IMG/VR virus record: IMGVR_UViG_3300049215_000407
Coordinates: 448 to 64,447 of that record
Direction: 5' to 3' (one strand)
DNA: 64,000 nucleotides
Source: a virus
Lineage: Duplodnaviria; Caudoviricetes
The translations under genes were made by a program, and so were the position numbers. Shown piece after piece: positions 45,724 to 55,339 of this stretch; position 1 is the stretch's first letter, and the number at the start of each line of letters is the position of its first letter. The notes below the pieces were generated by a model. It saw only the letters and a program-made list of their open reading frames with translations, had not been told where the DNA came from and made no database searches.

Positions 45724-45925
45724 GCCTGGAAAGTGGGACTGCTACGCCAACGCGATGGTCGACGAAGAGTATTTTGTTCTCCTCGCGCGCGACAAACACG
45801 CACCTGCTCTCGTGCGTGCGTGGGCGGATGCTCGTGAAGCGGACGGTGAGGACCCGGCGAAAGTCGCCGAGGCTCGTGCGTGCGCCGACAAGATGGAAGC
45901 GTGGCGAAAGGCGAACCGATCATGA
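45707..45925 (+). CDS. phage-type hypothetical protein
   Basis: DCYANA..DEEYFVLLARDKHAPALVRAWA. Confidence 0.65.
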   Translation: MGSKNKPGKWDCYANAMVDEEYFVLLARDKHAPALVRAWADAREADGEDPAKVAEARACADKMEAWRKANRS

Positions 45926-46113
45926 GCGCTCGCAAAATCATCCAGATTGCAACGTCGTCGTCGAGCTCGGCGGATGGCGACGAGATCGAAAACCTCTACG
46001 CCTTGTGCGACGACGGAACGTTCTGGGCCTGGGACTACAAGGAGAGGGTGTGGGCAGAGATGGAGAATGTTCCTCAGCCAAGGGGAGGCAAGGAAGGCAA
46101 AGATAGGAAATGA
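45922..46113 (+). CDS. hypothetical protein
   Basis: RKIIQI..LYALCDDGTFW. Confidence 0.6.
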   Translation: MSARKIIQIATSSSSSADGDEIENLYALCDDGTFWAWDYKERVWAEMENVPQPRGGKEGKDRK

Positions 46114-46307
46114 TCGCTCCCCCGGAAAGCCAACGACGGATGAAGCAACCAATGGCTCCGGTTCGCTGCGACGTGAGCGAATGCAAGAGCACGTGGATCA
46201 TCGTGATCTACATCCGGGACGGGAAAGCCGTGAAGCACTCCGTCAAGTTGTGCGCGACGCACTACAAAGAATTCAAAGCGGGAAAATCTCCAACACTGCG
46301 AGGGTGA
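46110..46307 (+). CDS. small Zn-finger protein
   Basis: CDVSEC..CATH. Confidence 0.5.
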   Translation: MIAPPESQRRMKQPMAPVRCDVSECKSTWIIVIYIRDGKAVKHSVKLCATHYKEFKAGKSPTLRG

Positions 46308-46308
46308 C

Positions 46309-46488
46309 GTGGCAAAATTTTCTCTCAGCATCAAAGCAACGATTCACGCGAAGAGCGACGCCGAGGCGGCAGCGCTTCAAAAGAAAGTCGACGCGCTCCT
46401 CACCAAACACGCACGGAGTCTTCTCGCCGTCGAGGGCGTCGTGCTCGACAAGATCTCTGTCGATCCGAAAGTCACGAGGGAACCGTGA
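46309..46488 (+). CDS. hypothetical protein
   Basis: 59-aa ORF filling gap, coupled. Confidence 0.45.
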   Translation: MAKFSLSIKATIHAKSDAEAAALQKKVDALLTKHARSLLAVEGVVLDKISVDPKVTREP

Positions 46489-46703
46489 GCGACACGCAAT
46501 ACGTTCGGCTCTCTGTCGTGCTGGAAGTTCCGGCGAAAGATGCGAAGGCCGCGAACGATCTTCTTGGCCTCGTTCTTGAAAAGTTTTTCCGCGTCAATGC
46601 GCTGGAAACCCAGCACTACGATGCGCCCGCCGAAGCAATGCGGGATTACGACATCGCGGTGCACGCGGTGGTGTCTGAGACAAACAAAAGGCACAAATCA
46701 TGA
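46485..46703 (+). CDS. hypothetical protein
   Basis: Coupled ORF. Confidence 0.5.
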   Translation: MSDTQYVRLSVVLEVPAKDAKAANDLLGLVLEKFFRVNALETQHYDAPAEAMRDYDIAVHAVVSETNKRHKS

Positions 46704-46873
46704 GCAAGCTGATCGCGAAGTTCCCGAACGAAGTTCCCGGTCGAGGCCAAGCGCACATTTCGATTTCGATGGGCGGCGTGGAGATCGATTGGTCGCTGTC
46801 CGAACGGTGGGAGTGGAGCTTCTCGGGCAGGCTGTCTCGTGAGGTAGTTCTCGGGGGGTTGAGCTTCGACTAG
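46700..46873 (+). CDS. hypothetical protein
   Basis: Coupled ORF. Confidence 0.4.
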   Translation: MSKLIAKFPNEVPGRGQAHISISMGGVEIDWSLSERWEWSFSGRLSREVVLGGLSFD

Positions 46874-46884
46874 ACTCACTCTCG

Positions 46885-49800
46885 ATGCACGAATGGTGGC
46901 ATGGCACGCCGACAGGTGATCTCGGCCCGAGTACGCCGCATGCGATTCATGTCGGCACTCTCGCCGCCGCCACACAAGCGCTCAATGCACGCATCGGGAT
47001 TCCGGTCACCGGCAAATGGGATGGATCGCGGACGTACGGCGAAACAAAGCTCGCCGGGCAGCGGACACTGCGCGGTCGCGACGAATTTCTTTTGACCGGC
47101 CACAACTGTTGCGACGCGCCCGAAGAGGACTACTACCCACGTGAACGCGCGGATCGTCCGATCTACGCAGGAAATCAGCACGTACGCGACGAGTTTCGTC
47201 CCAACATCTTTCCCGTCCAGATCGTTGGTAGGATGTCGAATACACCGTCCACGCCGATGAGCGACACGAGAGCCAACGCGACCATGGCCGGTCAACTAAA
47301 ACGCGGGACAGCAAAGCGTGGGTACTACTACATCAATGAAGGTGAAGATGCTGGCTCGGTCTCGGCTGTTGTCCCTGGGCTTTCGCATTTGGTCCGAGAG
47401 AATCCCGTGAGCTCTGCGGCCGACTACCCCGATTTCGAGGCAGCGCTTCAAGCTGCGTCGTCGCGGTTCGGTGCTACGCACGTCGTCAGGCAGGGAAACC
47501 GGAGCGCGGTCATCTACTCGCCCACCTCGAAAGGGTACGAGAGAAGGAGTCTCTCGTGTGACCGCGGCTTCTTCCATTGGCCGAAGCAGGCTGATCTCGT
47601 CGACGAGGTTCCCGAGAACGCCGAGCGCGTGGTGGACGTGCTCGATCTCGGCTTCGATCCCGACGCGCCCCCGCGAAGAGAAGCTGCGCCCCAGCGTCGC
47701 GCGGCGGAAGAAGCGCGCGGCTCCGATCGCGAACGGTGGGACAAGCTCCAAAGTGAATTCCGTCGTCTCACCGACGAGATGACCAAGGTCGAGAGCGAAG
47801 CACACGTGAAGTGGGGTCCCCACGGACTTCGCTATGCGTCACGCACCCTGCAAACGAAGCACGGGAAGCTCGTGGCTTCACGGAACCGCGTCTACGAAAA
47901 AATCTTCGCGATGACGCAAAAGCTCTCGCCTCGCGATTGGGGTACGGGAGTGCCTACGCACTGGATCGCAGGGAAGCTGACTTTCGACGACATGGTTCGT
48001 CCCCAGAGCGAGCCGCTCAGCGTGACGCCTCCCCTGGCGTACGGCGCAACGACACCGATGCAAGAAGGAGCACGAGAAATGGGAGCCGTACGTGAAGTGA
48101 TGGAAGGCCGGGGACGTGAGGGTCGTCGCTACGAATCTGCGCAGTGGCTCGAATTCGAGTGCGAGCCCGCGACGCCGACGCCCGAGCTCGAAGATATGGC
48201 GCGCGAGTTCAACCACCTCGTGCTCGAATTCTTGGAGAGCTACGCGCGCACCTGGAGCATCGATACCTCTAGTCTCGATGCGGACTCATTCACGTGGAAT
48301 GCGTACGCGTCGCTCGTCGGTCACGGCGTGGGTTTGTGGGAAGGCGATGGCGACACGGGTCTCCGAGGCGAAGACGAAAAGAAGATCGACAAGGCGTTGC
48401 GGACGGGTTGGTACGCACCGGGAAGTGCGCGAGGCAAGCTTCACAATCTCGCGCATCGGATCAGCGACGAATGCGCGATGCTCCAAGGGCCGGAAGGTCG
48501 AGAGGCACGCGAAGAAGCTTCGATCCCGACGAAGGCGCAGCTCAAGATCATCAACGCGTTTCGCGATCGCAGGTTGATGGGCAACCCGATGCGCGACTCG
48601 ATCTCGACGGACGGCGACACGATCTACTCGTACCGCATGCCGATCGCGAGGCGAACGAGCAACGGTGGAGTCTCGATCGTCGATCCGGCCGGCGCTCCGA
48701 GTGCCACGACGCGCAATCACATCTACGGGCTGCAGCGAACGTTCACGCCCGCGGAGATCGCGGGAACACAGCGAGCGGCCGAGCACGACGATGACAGGGG
48801 ACCGGAGACGGAGCGTATGCCAGCTCCCGCATCCCCACCAAGGCTCCAGCCGGGCTACGCGTTCTACACGCCGTCGCGCCGGAAGGGCGACTGGAAGAAA
48901 ATCCCGAACGACGATTGGGAGCACGTCGTCATCGGCGAAGACGAAATCGAGAAGTCCAATTTCGTGGGGTATCGCCTCATCGATGGGTCGATGCACGACA
49001 TCTTCGAGGTCTACTTCTCTGCATACCCGCGCGAGGGTCGCGGCTACTACGCGCAGCTCCAAACGCACACGCAGGGTCGCGGCTCTGCGCACGAGGGTGC
49101 GGTGCTCCTCGATCACATGGCGAACGATTTCTCGTCGCCGAAGGAAGCGATCGAGCACGCGCAGCGCGCGTGGGGTGCAACGCACGTGGACTTTCACGGC
49201 ACGCGCATCCATCCCACGGTGTACGGCACCAAAGACGGCGCGCGTTGGAAGAAGACTTTGTTCAAGCAGAAGGGCAAGCTCCACTGGCCCGACAAATTCT
49301 CGAAGGGACCGAAGAGACTCTCGGGCGCGATCGAGCTCACGCCGGTTGCTGCACCCACGCACACGCCGCCGATGCGCACGCCGCCAATGTCGCCGTCGAT
49401 TCCTCCCGACGACTACGAGCGACACCTGCCGAGTTACTCGGACGAAGCCCGGGAAGGCTCAATCGATCGCCGAGTGCCATCGGCAGACACTCGCTACACA
49501 TCAAGACAGTCTTCGCAGGATGCGCTTCGCGACGACGTGTCATTCGAGGGGCGATGGATCGGCTCCGTGAGAGGACCGTTTCGATCGCGACAGGGAGACT
49601 TCTACGAATGGTCGACGTCAGGGCACTCGGGGAGGAATGGGACGCGACGTCATGCGTTGAACGCTCTCGTTCACGCTCACAAGATGCGTACGGGTGCTCG
49701 TGAAGTTCGCGAAAACCCCGCGACTGATCTCCAAGACGCGATCCCGTGGGTGCGCGTCACGCGCGATCCCGAGCGGTACAAAGAAGCGCTCGCGCGTGCT

Positions 49801-50202
49801 CAGAAGATCGGCCCCGTCGACGACGCGCGCAAGGTCTACGAGCTCGTGGGTCCCGCGCTCATGAAGGAAGATCAGGAAACCTTCATCGTGGTGCTCATCG
49901 ACGTCCGCCAGAACTGCAGGGGCGTCGCTGAGATTCACCGCGGCGCAAGGTCCAGAGTGGCAACGAGCGTTCTCGACGTGATGCGCGTCGTGGTCGCGTC
50001 GGGGGCCGAAGGCTTCATCGTGTGCCACAACCACCCGAGCGGAAAGGCGATGCCCTCGGACGCAGATCGCGATCTTACGAAGGCCATCGAGCGGGCCGCG
50101 AAGCCCTTCAAGGGTGAGACGGCGTTTCTCGATCACGTCGTCATCGGCGCGGGCGAATACTACAGCTTCGCGGACAGCAAGCTCCATAAGGCGAAGAACT
50201 GA
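46885..50202 (+). CDS. polyvalent multidomain protein: N-terminal ART-like domain, internal small domains, C-terminal RadC-like JAB domain
   Basis: WHGT..HVGT..YINEGEDAGSVS; C-terminal QETF..HNHPSG..PSDAD..LDHVVIG. Confidence 0.8.
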   Translation: MHEWWHGTPTGDLGPSTPHAIHVGTLAAATQALNARIGIPVTGKWDGSRTYGETKLAGQRTLRGRDEFLLTGHNCCDAPEEDYYPRERADRPIYAGNQHVRDEFRPNIFPVQIVGRMSNTPSTPMSDTRANATMAGQLKRGTAKRGYYYINEGEDAGSVSAVVPGLSHLVRENPVSSAADYPDFEAALQAASSRFGATHVVRQGNRSAVIYSPTSKGYERRSLSCDRGFFHWPKQADLVDEVPENAERVVDVLDLGFDPDAPPRREAAPQRRAAEEARGSDRERWDKLQSEFRRLTDEMTKVESEAHVKWGPHGLRYASRTLQTKHGKLVASRNRVYEKIFAMTQKLSPRDWGTGVPTHWIAGKLTFDDMVRPQSEPLSVTPPLAYGATTPMQEGAREMGAVREVMEGRGREGRRYESAQWLEFECEPATPTPELEDMAREFNHLVLEFLESYARTWSIDTSSLDADSFTWNAYASLVGHGVGLWEGDGDTGLRGEDEKKIDKALRTGWYAPGSARGKLHNLAHRISDECAMLQGPEGREAREEASIPTKAQLKIINAFRDRRLMGNPMRDSISTDGDTIYSYRMPIARRTSNGGVSIVDPAGAPSATTRNHIYGLQRTFTPAEIAGTQRAAEHDDDRGPETERMPAPASPPRLQPGYAFYTPSRRKGDWKKIPNDDWEHVVIGEDEIEKSNFVGYRLIDGSMHDIFEVYFSAYPREGRGYYAQLQTHTQGRGSAHEGAVLLDHMANDFSSPKEAIEHAQRAWGATHVDFHGTRIHPTVYGTKDGARWKKTLFKQKGKLHWPDKFSKGPKRLSGAIELTPVAAPTHTPPMRTPPMSPSIPPDDYERHLPSYSDEAREGSIDRRVPSADTRYTSRQSSQDALRDDVSFEGRWIGSVRGPFRSRQGDFYEWSTSGHSGRNGTRRHALNALVHAHKMRTGAREVRENPATDLQDAIPWVRVTRDPERYKEALARAQKIGPVDDARKVYELVGPALMKEDQETFIVVLIDVRQNCRGVAEIHRGARSRVATSVLDVMRVVVASGAEGFIVCHNHPSGKAMPSDADRDLTKAIERAAKPFKGETAFLDHVVIGAGEYYSFADSKLHKAKN

Positions 50203-50204
50203 CG

Positions 50205-50242
50205 TTGACCTAAACGCTCCGCTTGAGTAGCTTACTCAAGCG
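50205..50242 (+). promoter_or_regulatory. sigma70-like promoter overlapped by inverted ACTCAAGCG operator pair
   Basis: TTGACC-N17-TAGCTT; CGCTTGAGT-agctt-ACTCAAGCG. Confidence 0.6.
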
Positions 50243-50262
50243 CAACAAGAACGGAGCGAACC

Positions 50263-50787
50263 ATGGCGAACGAAAACGTTGGCATCGAAGTGCTGGAAAA
50301 AGACATCCTCGAACGCGCGGGGATCGAACAGCGAGATGATCTTCCGATCACGATCGACTGCACGTGGGGTACAAATCCAGACGGCAGTCCGCGAGTGTTC
50401 ACGACCGGCGAGCCTCATCCGCTTCTTCCCGGACACCTCGTCTTCGCGATTTTCCAGAATCCTTCGGAGATCAAGGTCTACTCCCTCGCTCCGCAGACGA
50501 ACGGATCGCAATCGCCTCCCAAAAGTCCCGCGGAAGCCAAGGCGCGAGCTCTCGAAGAGATGCGATCGAATCCGACGCGGACGACGCTCGTGAAAACGTC
50601 GCGCTGTTCAGTGACGGAGATCATGATCCTCGACGTCTTCGTGGCATCGATCGTCCAGGATTTGATCATGCTGGAGATCGAGACGTACGGCGAAACGCCG
50701 CCCGAAGAGCCGGGAAAAGACGCGCCGAAAGAACCCAGCCCCACGGGAACAAAGCCGCAACTGGTCCCTTCACCAGCGGGGTCGTGA
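50263..50787 (+). CDS. hypothetical protein
   Basis: GGAG SD, 174 aa. Confidence 0.6.
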   Translation: MANENVGIEVLEKDILERAGIEQRDDLPITIDCTWGTNPDGSPRVFTTGEPHPLLPGHLVFAIFQNPSEIKVYSLAPQTNGSQSPPKSPAEAKARALEEMRSNPTRTTLVKTSRCSVTEIMILDVFVASIVQDLIMLEIETYGETPPEEPGKDAPKEPSPTGTKPQLVPSPAGS

Positions 50788-50800
50788 TAGACTTCGGACC

Positions 50801-51874
50801 ATGAATTTCGTTGACATCGCGAACGAGAGCGTGGCGGTTGGAATCGATCCCGCGACGCTCTCGGCTGCCATGAAAGCTGTTCCGGTTCCTCTCGACATTG
50901 CTGATCTCGGCCTTCGAGTGACGGCCGACAACAACGCGATCGTCGTCAACAACGTGACGCGCACCGTGCAGCTCGGGTTCAGTCCTTCGATCCCCGCGGC
51001 GATCGCGGCAAACCTTCGTAACGCGGATGGAGGATTCGAGCTCATCACGCTCGGCGCGCGTGGCCTCGATTGGATTCGTCCTCCCATCGTGACGGCACTT
51101 CCGGGCTCGACTGCACTCGCGCCTCTTCGCACGGCGCAATTCCAAGCGTTTCTTCGCGTACACCAGATCGATGTGCCGGTGGGCGGTGGCGGCGTCGGCT
51201 ACAGCGCGACGCCGAGAGTGCGTCTCATCGGTGGGCTGCCTCCCGCGGGTCGAGTGATCACGTCGGCATGCGTGCGTCGCATTGCGATTACGGATCCGGG
51301 TCTCGGCTACGTGCCGGGAACGGTCGCTGTGATCGAGGGCGGCGGAAACGGAGGTGCGTCGCCGCTCACGCAAGCGAAAGCGACAATCACGCAAGATGCG
51401 TTCGGCCGCATCACCAGCATCACCCTCACGGACATGGGTGCGGGCTACATCCAAGAACCGGTCGTGAACTTCGTTCCTCCGGGCGGCATTGGACCGAACC
51501 GACGCGCGAAGGCGAGCGTCGCGCTTGCCGAAGGCACGCCGGCAACAGCGCATGCGACGGTGGCTCTTGGTATCGTCACCGGGATCGTGCTCGACACCAC
51601 GGGAAGCGGCTACGTCGGAGTTCCGGATGTTGTCATCATCGATCCGACCGGAACGGGCGCGCGCGCGATTGCACGCATGGAGCTCGAACGTATTGATGTC
51701 CGGAGCCCTGGTTTGGGCTACACCGCTGCGTCGTCGATCGTCCTCACGCCTTTTTTCAAAGCTGCGTTCCCCGACGCGAGCGATCAGTCGCGGCCCTTCT
51801 TCGGGTTCATGAACGGGCTCTTGCGAGACCGTGTGATCACGCCGATTCTCACGCACACACCCGTTCTGAGCTAA
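50801..51874 (+). CDS. fibre/spike-like protein with five GxGY beta repeats
   Basis: GGVGYSATP, PGLGYVPG, MGAGYIQEP, TGSGYVGVP, PGLGYTAA. Confidence 0.65.
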   Translation: MNFVDIANESVAVGIDPATLSAAMKAVPVPLDIADLGLRVTADNNAIVVNNVTRTVQLGFSPSIPAAIAANLRNADGGFELITLGARGLDWIRPPIVTALPGSTALAPLRTAQFQAFLRVHQIDVPVGGGGVGYSATPRVRLIGGLPPAGRVITSACVRRIAITDPGLGYVPGTVAVIEGGGNGGASPLTQAKATITQDAFGRITSITLTDMGAGYIQEPVVNFVPPGGIGPNRRAKASVALAEGTPATAHATVALGIVTGIVLDTTGSGYVGVPDVVIIDPTGTGARAIARMELERIDVRSPGLGYTAASSIVLTPFFKAAFPDASDQSRPFFGFMNGLLRDRVITPILTHTPVLS

Positions 51875-51893
51875 CCAGAGGGCTGAGGGAACG

Positions 51894-53462
51894 ATGGAAA
51901 AATTCGAGAGGCTCGATCCCGGCGACGAAGAGCGCGACGAGGACGAGGAAGAAGAAGAGGAAGAGGAAGAAGACGGCGATCCACGCGACGCTCGTTCGCA
52001 GGGCGTTGGTGCGATTCCCGCGGTCTCGGCTCCCGCCGTCGTCCAAGCGACCGCGAGTCGCAAGAAGGGAACGGGCAGCTCACACCGAGGCCAAGAGATC
52101 AGGAAGCGCGGGCGCGTTCCAAACAACGCGACGACGCCCACGCAGGCCGATCTTTTGTGGCTCGACGTCTTGCAGCGCAAAGAGATCGTCTCGAACGGGA
52201 TCGAGGCCGAGCATTTTTCGATCAAGGTCTACAGACTCGACGGCTCGCAAGCGATCTATCTTACAGCGATCGACGGCATGCGCTGCGCGGGAGATGGACG
52301 AGACGGAAGCGCGGGCGACGCGCTCTTGCGCATTCTGACCGACGAAATTCACTGGCACTCGTCGAAGGGGCTCGCCGCGACGTACCAGCTCGAATTTTCG
52401 TTCAAGCGCGGCGGCACGATCTACGACAAAGGGAAGATCCGGCTCCCGAGCACGCAAGAGATCGGGCAAATGCGAGCGGCAGAAATGGGTCTTGGAAAGC
52501 CGCCGAATCAGTACCCGCAGCAACAGGGCTATCCGCAGCAACCTCCTCCATACGGGCCGCAGGGCTACGCGCCCCAAGGGTTTGGTGCGCCGCCGCCGCA
52601 GTACGGACCGGGCATGGGCAACGGCTATCCGCCGCCGTACGGCTATCCGCCCTACGGATATCCGCCGCCGCCGCATCCGGGTTACCCCGGTTTAGGCGCT
52701 CCTCCCGCGCCGAGTACGGGAGATGAAGTCACCGATCTCAAAGAGCAAGTGCGCTCGCTGAGCGAAATGGTGCGCGACATGTGGCGCTTCGGCCCTGGAG
52801 GAATGCCTCAAGGAATGGGTGGATTTCCACCGGGATACGGACAGCCGCCGCCGCCGCAAGGACTTCCGATGAGCGCGCTCAGTGAGATGCAGCGGCACCT
52901 CGCGGGTTTCGGTCTCACGATCGCTCCAGCGCATCAACCGGGAACGGCGATGGTTCCCGCGGCATCAGGATTTCAAACGGGCCTCGGTCAGCTCAAAGAG
53001 CTCGCCGTGGGCGTCTCCGCACTCAAGGAAGTTGCCGACGCGCTCAACGGCGTCTTCAACATGAACGCGCAGCAAGTCGTCGAAGAACCGAAGCCCGAGC
53101 CGGACTTCGAGATGGTCGAAGTCCCCGGATCGAAGTGGCCGAACGGCGAGCCCATTCGCTATGCGCGCGACGACAAGGGCATCAACTGGTTCGGGACTGC
53201 GATGGGCAACGGCTACGCGATGGACAGGTTCGGGACCACGATGGCTGGTCTCGGAAGGCGCATCGTCTCGCAGATCAACAAAGAGCAAGGTGTCGGCGCG
53301 CTCGCGGATGAAGAGGAAGAGGAAGAGGAAGAGGAAGAGCAGCCGCAACAACAGCAACAGCCACAACAATCTGTTGTGACTCCTCCCCCTCAGAATCCGC
53401 CGCCGCCACGCATGAATGGCGCGCAAAATTACCCGCCTAGGGACGACGGCTTTTCGCTGTAA
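51894..53462 (+). CDS. acidic, P/Q/G/Y low-complexity protein (scaffold-like candidate)
   Basis: Poly-E at both ends, PPYGYPP repeats, many GxG motifs. Confidence 0.65.
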   Translation: MEKFERLDPGDEERDEDEEEEEEEEEDGDPRDARSQGVGAIPAVSAPAVVQATASRKKGTGSSHRGQEIRKRGRVPNNATTPTQADLLWLDVLQRKEIVSNGIEAEHFSIKVYRLDGSQAIYLTAIDGMRCAGDGRDGSAGDALLRILTDEIHWHSSKGLAATYQLEFSFKRGGTIYDKGKIRLPSTQEIGQMRAAEMGLGKPPNQYPQQQGYPQQPPPYGPQGYAPQGFGAPPPQYGPGMGNGYPPPYGYPPYGYPPPPHPGYPGLGAPPAPSTGDEVTDLKEQVRSLSEMVRDMWRFGPGGMPQGMGGFPPGYGQPPPPQGLPMSALSEMQRHLAGFGLTIAPAHQPGTAMVPAASGFQTGLGQLKELAVGVSALKEVADALNGVFNMNAQQVVEEPKPEPDFEMVEVPGSKWPNGEPIRYARDDKGINWFGTAMGNGYAMDRFGTTMAGLGRRIVSQINKEQGVGALADEEEEEEEEEEQPQQQQQPQQSVVTPPPQNPPPPRMNGAQNYPPRDDGFSL

Positions 53463-53510
53463 CTTGAACGTCGACTTTTCCCCAGGGCAGAGCGCGTGTA
53501 GGCTAAGCGC

Positions 53511-53846
53511 ATGGCCAAGCGTCGGCGCGAAAATCCGATCAAGACGCGCGACAAGATCCTCATCGGTGGAGGCGCTGCAGTGCTTCTCGGTTTCGGTATT
53601 TTCTTGCTCACGCGCTCGAAGGCTGACACGGGAACCGGATCGACGGCAAACAAAGGTGGGGGCACGCAAAACGGTGGAGGCGGCGGTGGCGGCAGTGGGG
53701 GCGGGACCAACGGTGGAGGCGGCGGCGGCACCAACGGCGGTGGTGGTGGCGGCACCGTGTCGACGGTGAAAGATTCGATGGCCTACGCTCCGCCGCAGCA
53801 AATCAACAAGCCTCCCGCACACCTAAAGGGCGGCATCAAGGCGTGA
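53511..53846 (+). CDS. RENP N-terminal anchored Gly-rich protein (paralog of 55340)
   Basis: MAKRRRENPIKTRDKILIGGGAAV-TM. Confidence 0.7.
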   Translation: MAKRRRENPIKTRDKILIGGGAAVLLGFGIFLLTRSKADTGTGSTANKGGGTQNGGGGGGGSGGGTNGGGGGGTNGGGGGGTVSTVKDSMAYAPPQQINKPPAHLKGGIKA

Positions 53847-53847
53847 C

Positions 53848-55314
53848 ATGCGTCTTCCGCACCTCTCGAAGACGCAGAAGAAGGTCGCCATCGGCGGTGG
53901 TGCGGCTGTCGGGGTTCTCGCGCTGACGTGGCTTGCGCTTCGCGGATCGAAGTCGAGCGCATCGGACACACCGAATACCGGAAGCGTCACGCTCACTGCG
54001 ACGAAGACGATGGCGGTGCGTGCGTCGCCACCTCCGGCTGATCCCACCGATCGCATTGTGAAAAGGAACACGCGCGTGCTCGCGTGGCCGTCGAGCTCGA
54101 ACAAGAACGGGATGGCGTACATCAAGTTCACGGACGGTGCGCACGTTCGCGGCGGGTGGGTGAGCGACAACGCCGTCTTGCGTGACTCCGAGCAGACGCC
54201 TTGGAGTATGCCCGCGCCCATACAAAAGGGATTCTCCGGAGTCGGCGCGCTTCAAGTGCAGGTCCCCTCGACGCAGCAGCAAGAAGTCAACGCGCAGGGA
54301 TCGTCGGTGAACGCCACCGTCATCAGTGATTCGTTGATGTTTGTGCATCCCGAGGACAAGGCGAAGCTCGAAACGCTGCAGAAGGAATACTTCGCGCTCA
54401 TCGGTCTCATGGGATCAGGAAAAGGTCTCGTCATCCCCAACGAAGACACGTTCCGAAAGGTCTACACGCACGGTACTGGGCGAGTGCTCGGATTGATTCC
54501 GGGCATCTTCTTCAAGGACGGAAAATTTACGAAGGACAACCTCACGAATCACTCGTGGTGTCAGACGTGGGCGGCGCAAGTTGTGGGCTTCGGAAGCGAT
54601 TACCTTTGGCCGTTCTACAACCAGAGCGTCTACCGCTACGGGCCGAACGTGACGCCCGACCCGAATCTCGATCGCTACCCGAACAGTCCGATCGATCCGG
54701 TCAAAGACAATGCCGCGTACGAGGCAGCTCTCAGCGCGGCGGTCGAAGCCGACATCCAAGCCGCTCTGCAACGTTCGAGCTTCGGAATCATTCTCGACCA
54801 GATCGAGCAAATCATGGGGACCCCGGCATTCGGGATCATCTTCGGCAAGGATGCTCCGCGTGATGTCTTCATTCTCGAAGTGGCTCCCGACGTCCTCGAT
54901 GGGCTCGCTCGTTTTGGTCACGACTTCGCGAGCGACAACGACACGACCAAAAACCTCGACAGCAAGAGCAAGCAAGCGATCCTCGACACCGTGAACGGGA
55001 ACATCAACGGAAAGCAGATCTCCGGCAACCAGCTCAAGTCGATTCAAGCATCGGTTGGCACGTACATGGTCGGCGGCGTGATCGACATGTTCGAGTCGCA
55101 CAACACGGACAAGGACAAAGGCGTCGTGAACCCATGCATCCGGGAGCTCGATGCGGGGCTTGTGATCAGCATGCTCATTGCGGTGGTGAGCGCGTTCTTG
55201 GCGGTCGTTTCTCTTGGCAGCGCAGGGCTTTTGGGTCCTGTATTTCAAGCTGTCTATTGGTCTCTCTATACAGCGCCGAGCGCGATCAAGGGTCTGGCCG
55301 ATTTGTCGAAGTGA
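53848..55314 (+). CDS. membrane-anchored virion-like protein with SH3b-like domain
   Basis: N-terminal AIGGGAAV-TM; MAVRASP..YIKF..GGWVSDN; C-terminal hydrophobic helices. Confidence 0.65.
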   Translation: MRLPHLSKTQKKVAIGGGAAVGVLALTWLALRGSKSSASDTPNTGSVTLTATKTMAVRASPPPADPTDRIVKRNTRVLAWPSSSNKNGMAYIKFTDGAHVRGGWVSDNAVLRDSEQTPWSMPAPIQKGFSGVGALQVQVPSTQQQEVNAQGSSVNATVISDSLMFVHPEDKAKLETLQKEYFALIGLMGSGKGLVIPNEDTFRKVYTHGTGRVLGLIPGIFFKDGKFTKDNLTNHSWCQTWAAQVVGFGSDYLWPFYNQSVYRYGPNVTPDPNLDRYPNSPIDPVKDNAAYEAALSAAVEADIQAALQRSSFGIILDQIEQIMGTPAFGIIFGKDAPRDVFILEVAPDVLDGLARFGHDFASDNDTTKNLDSKSKQAILDTVNGNINGKQISGNQLKSIQASVGTYMVGGVIDMFESHNTDKDKGVVNPCIRELDAGLVISMLIAVVSAFLAVVSLGSAGLLGPVFQAVYWSLYTAPSAIKGLADLSK

Positions 55315-55339
55315 CCGAGCTCGGCGTATGCTGAGCCGC

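Noticed and set aside
50801-51874. GLG words here as cleavage motifs
   Set aside because: They belong to the structural GxGY beta repeat, so they were excluded from the motif argument
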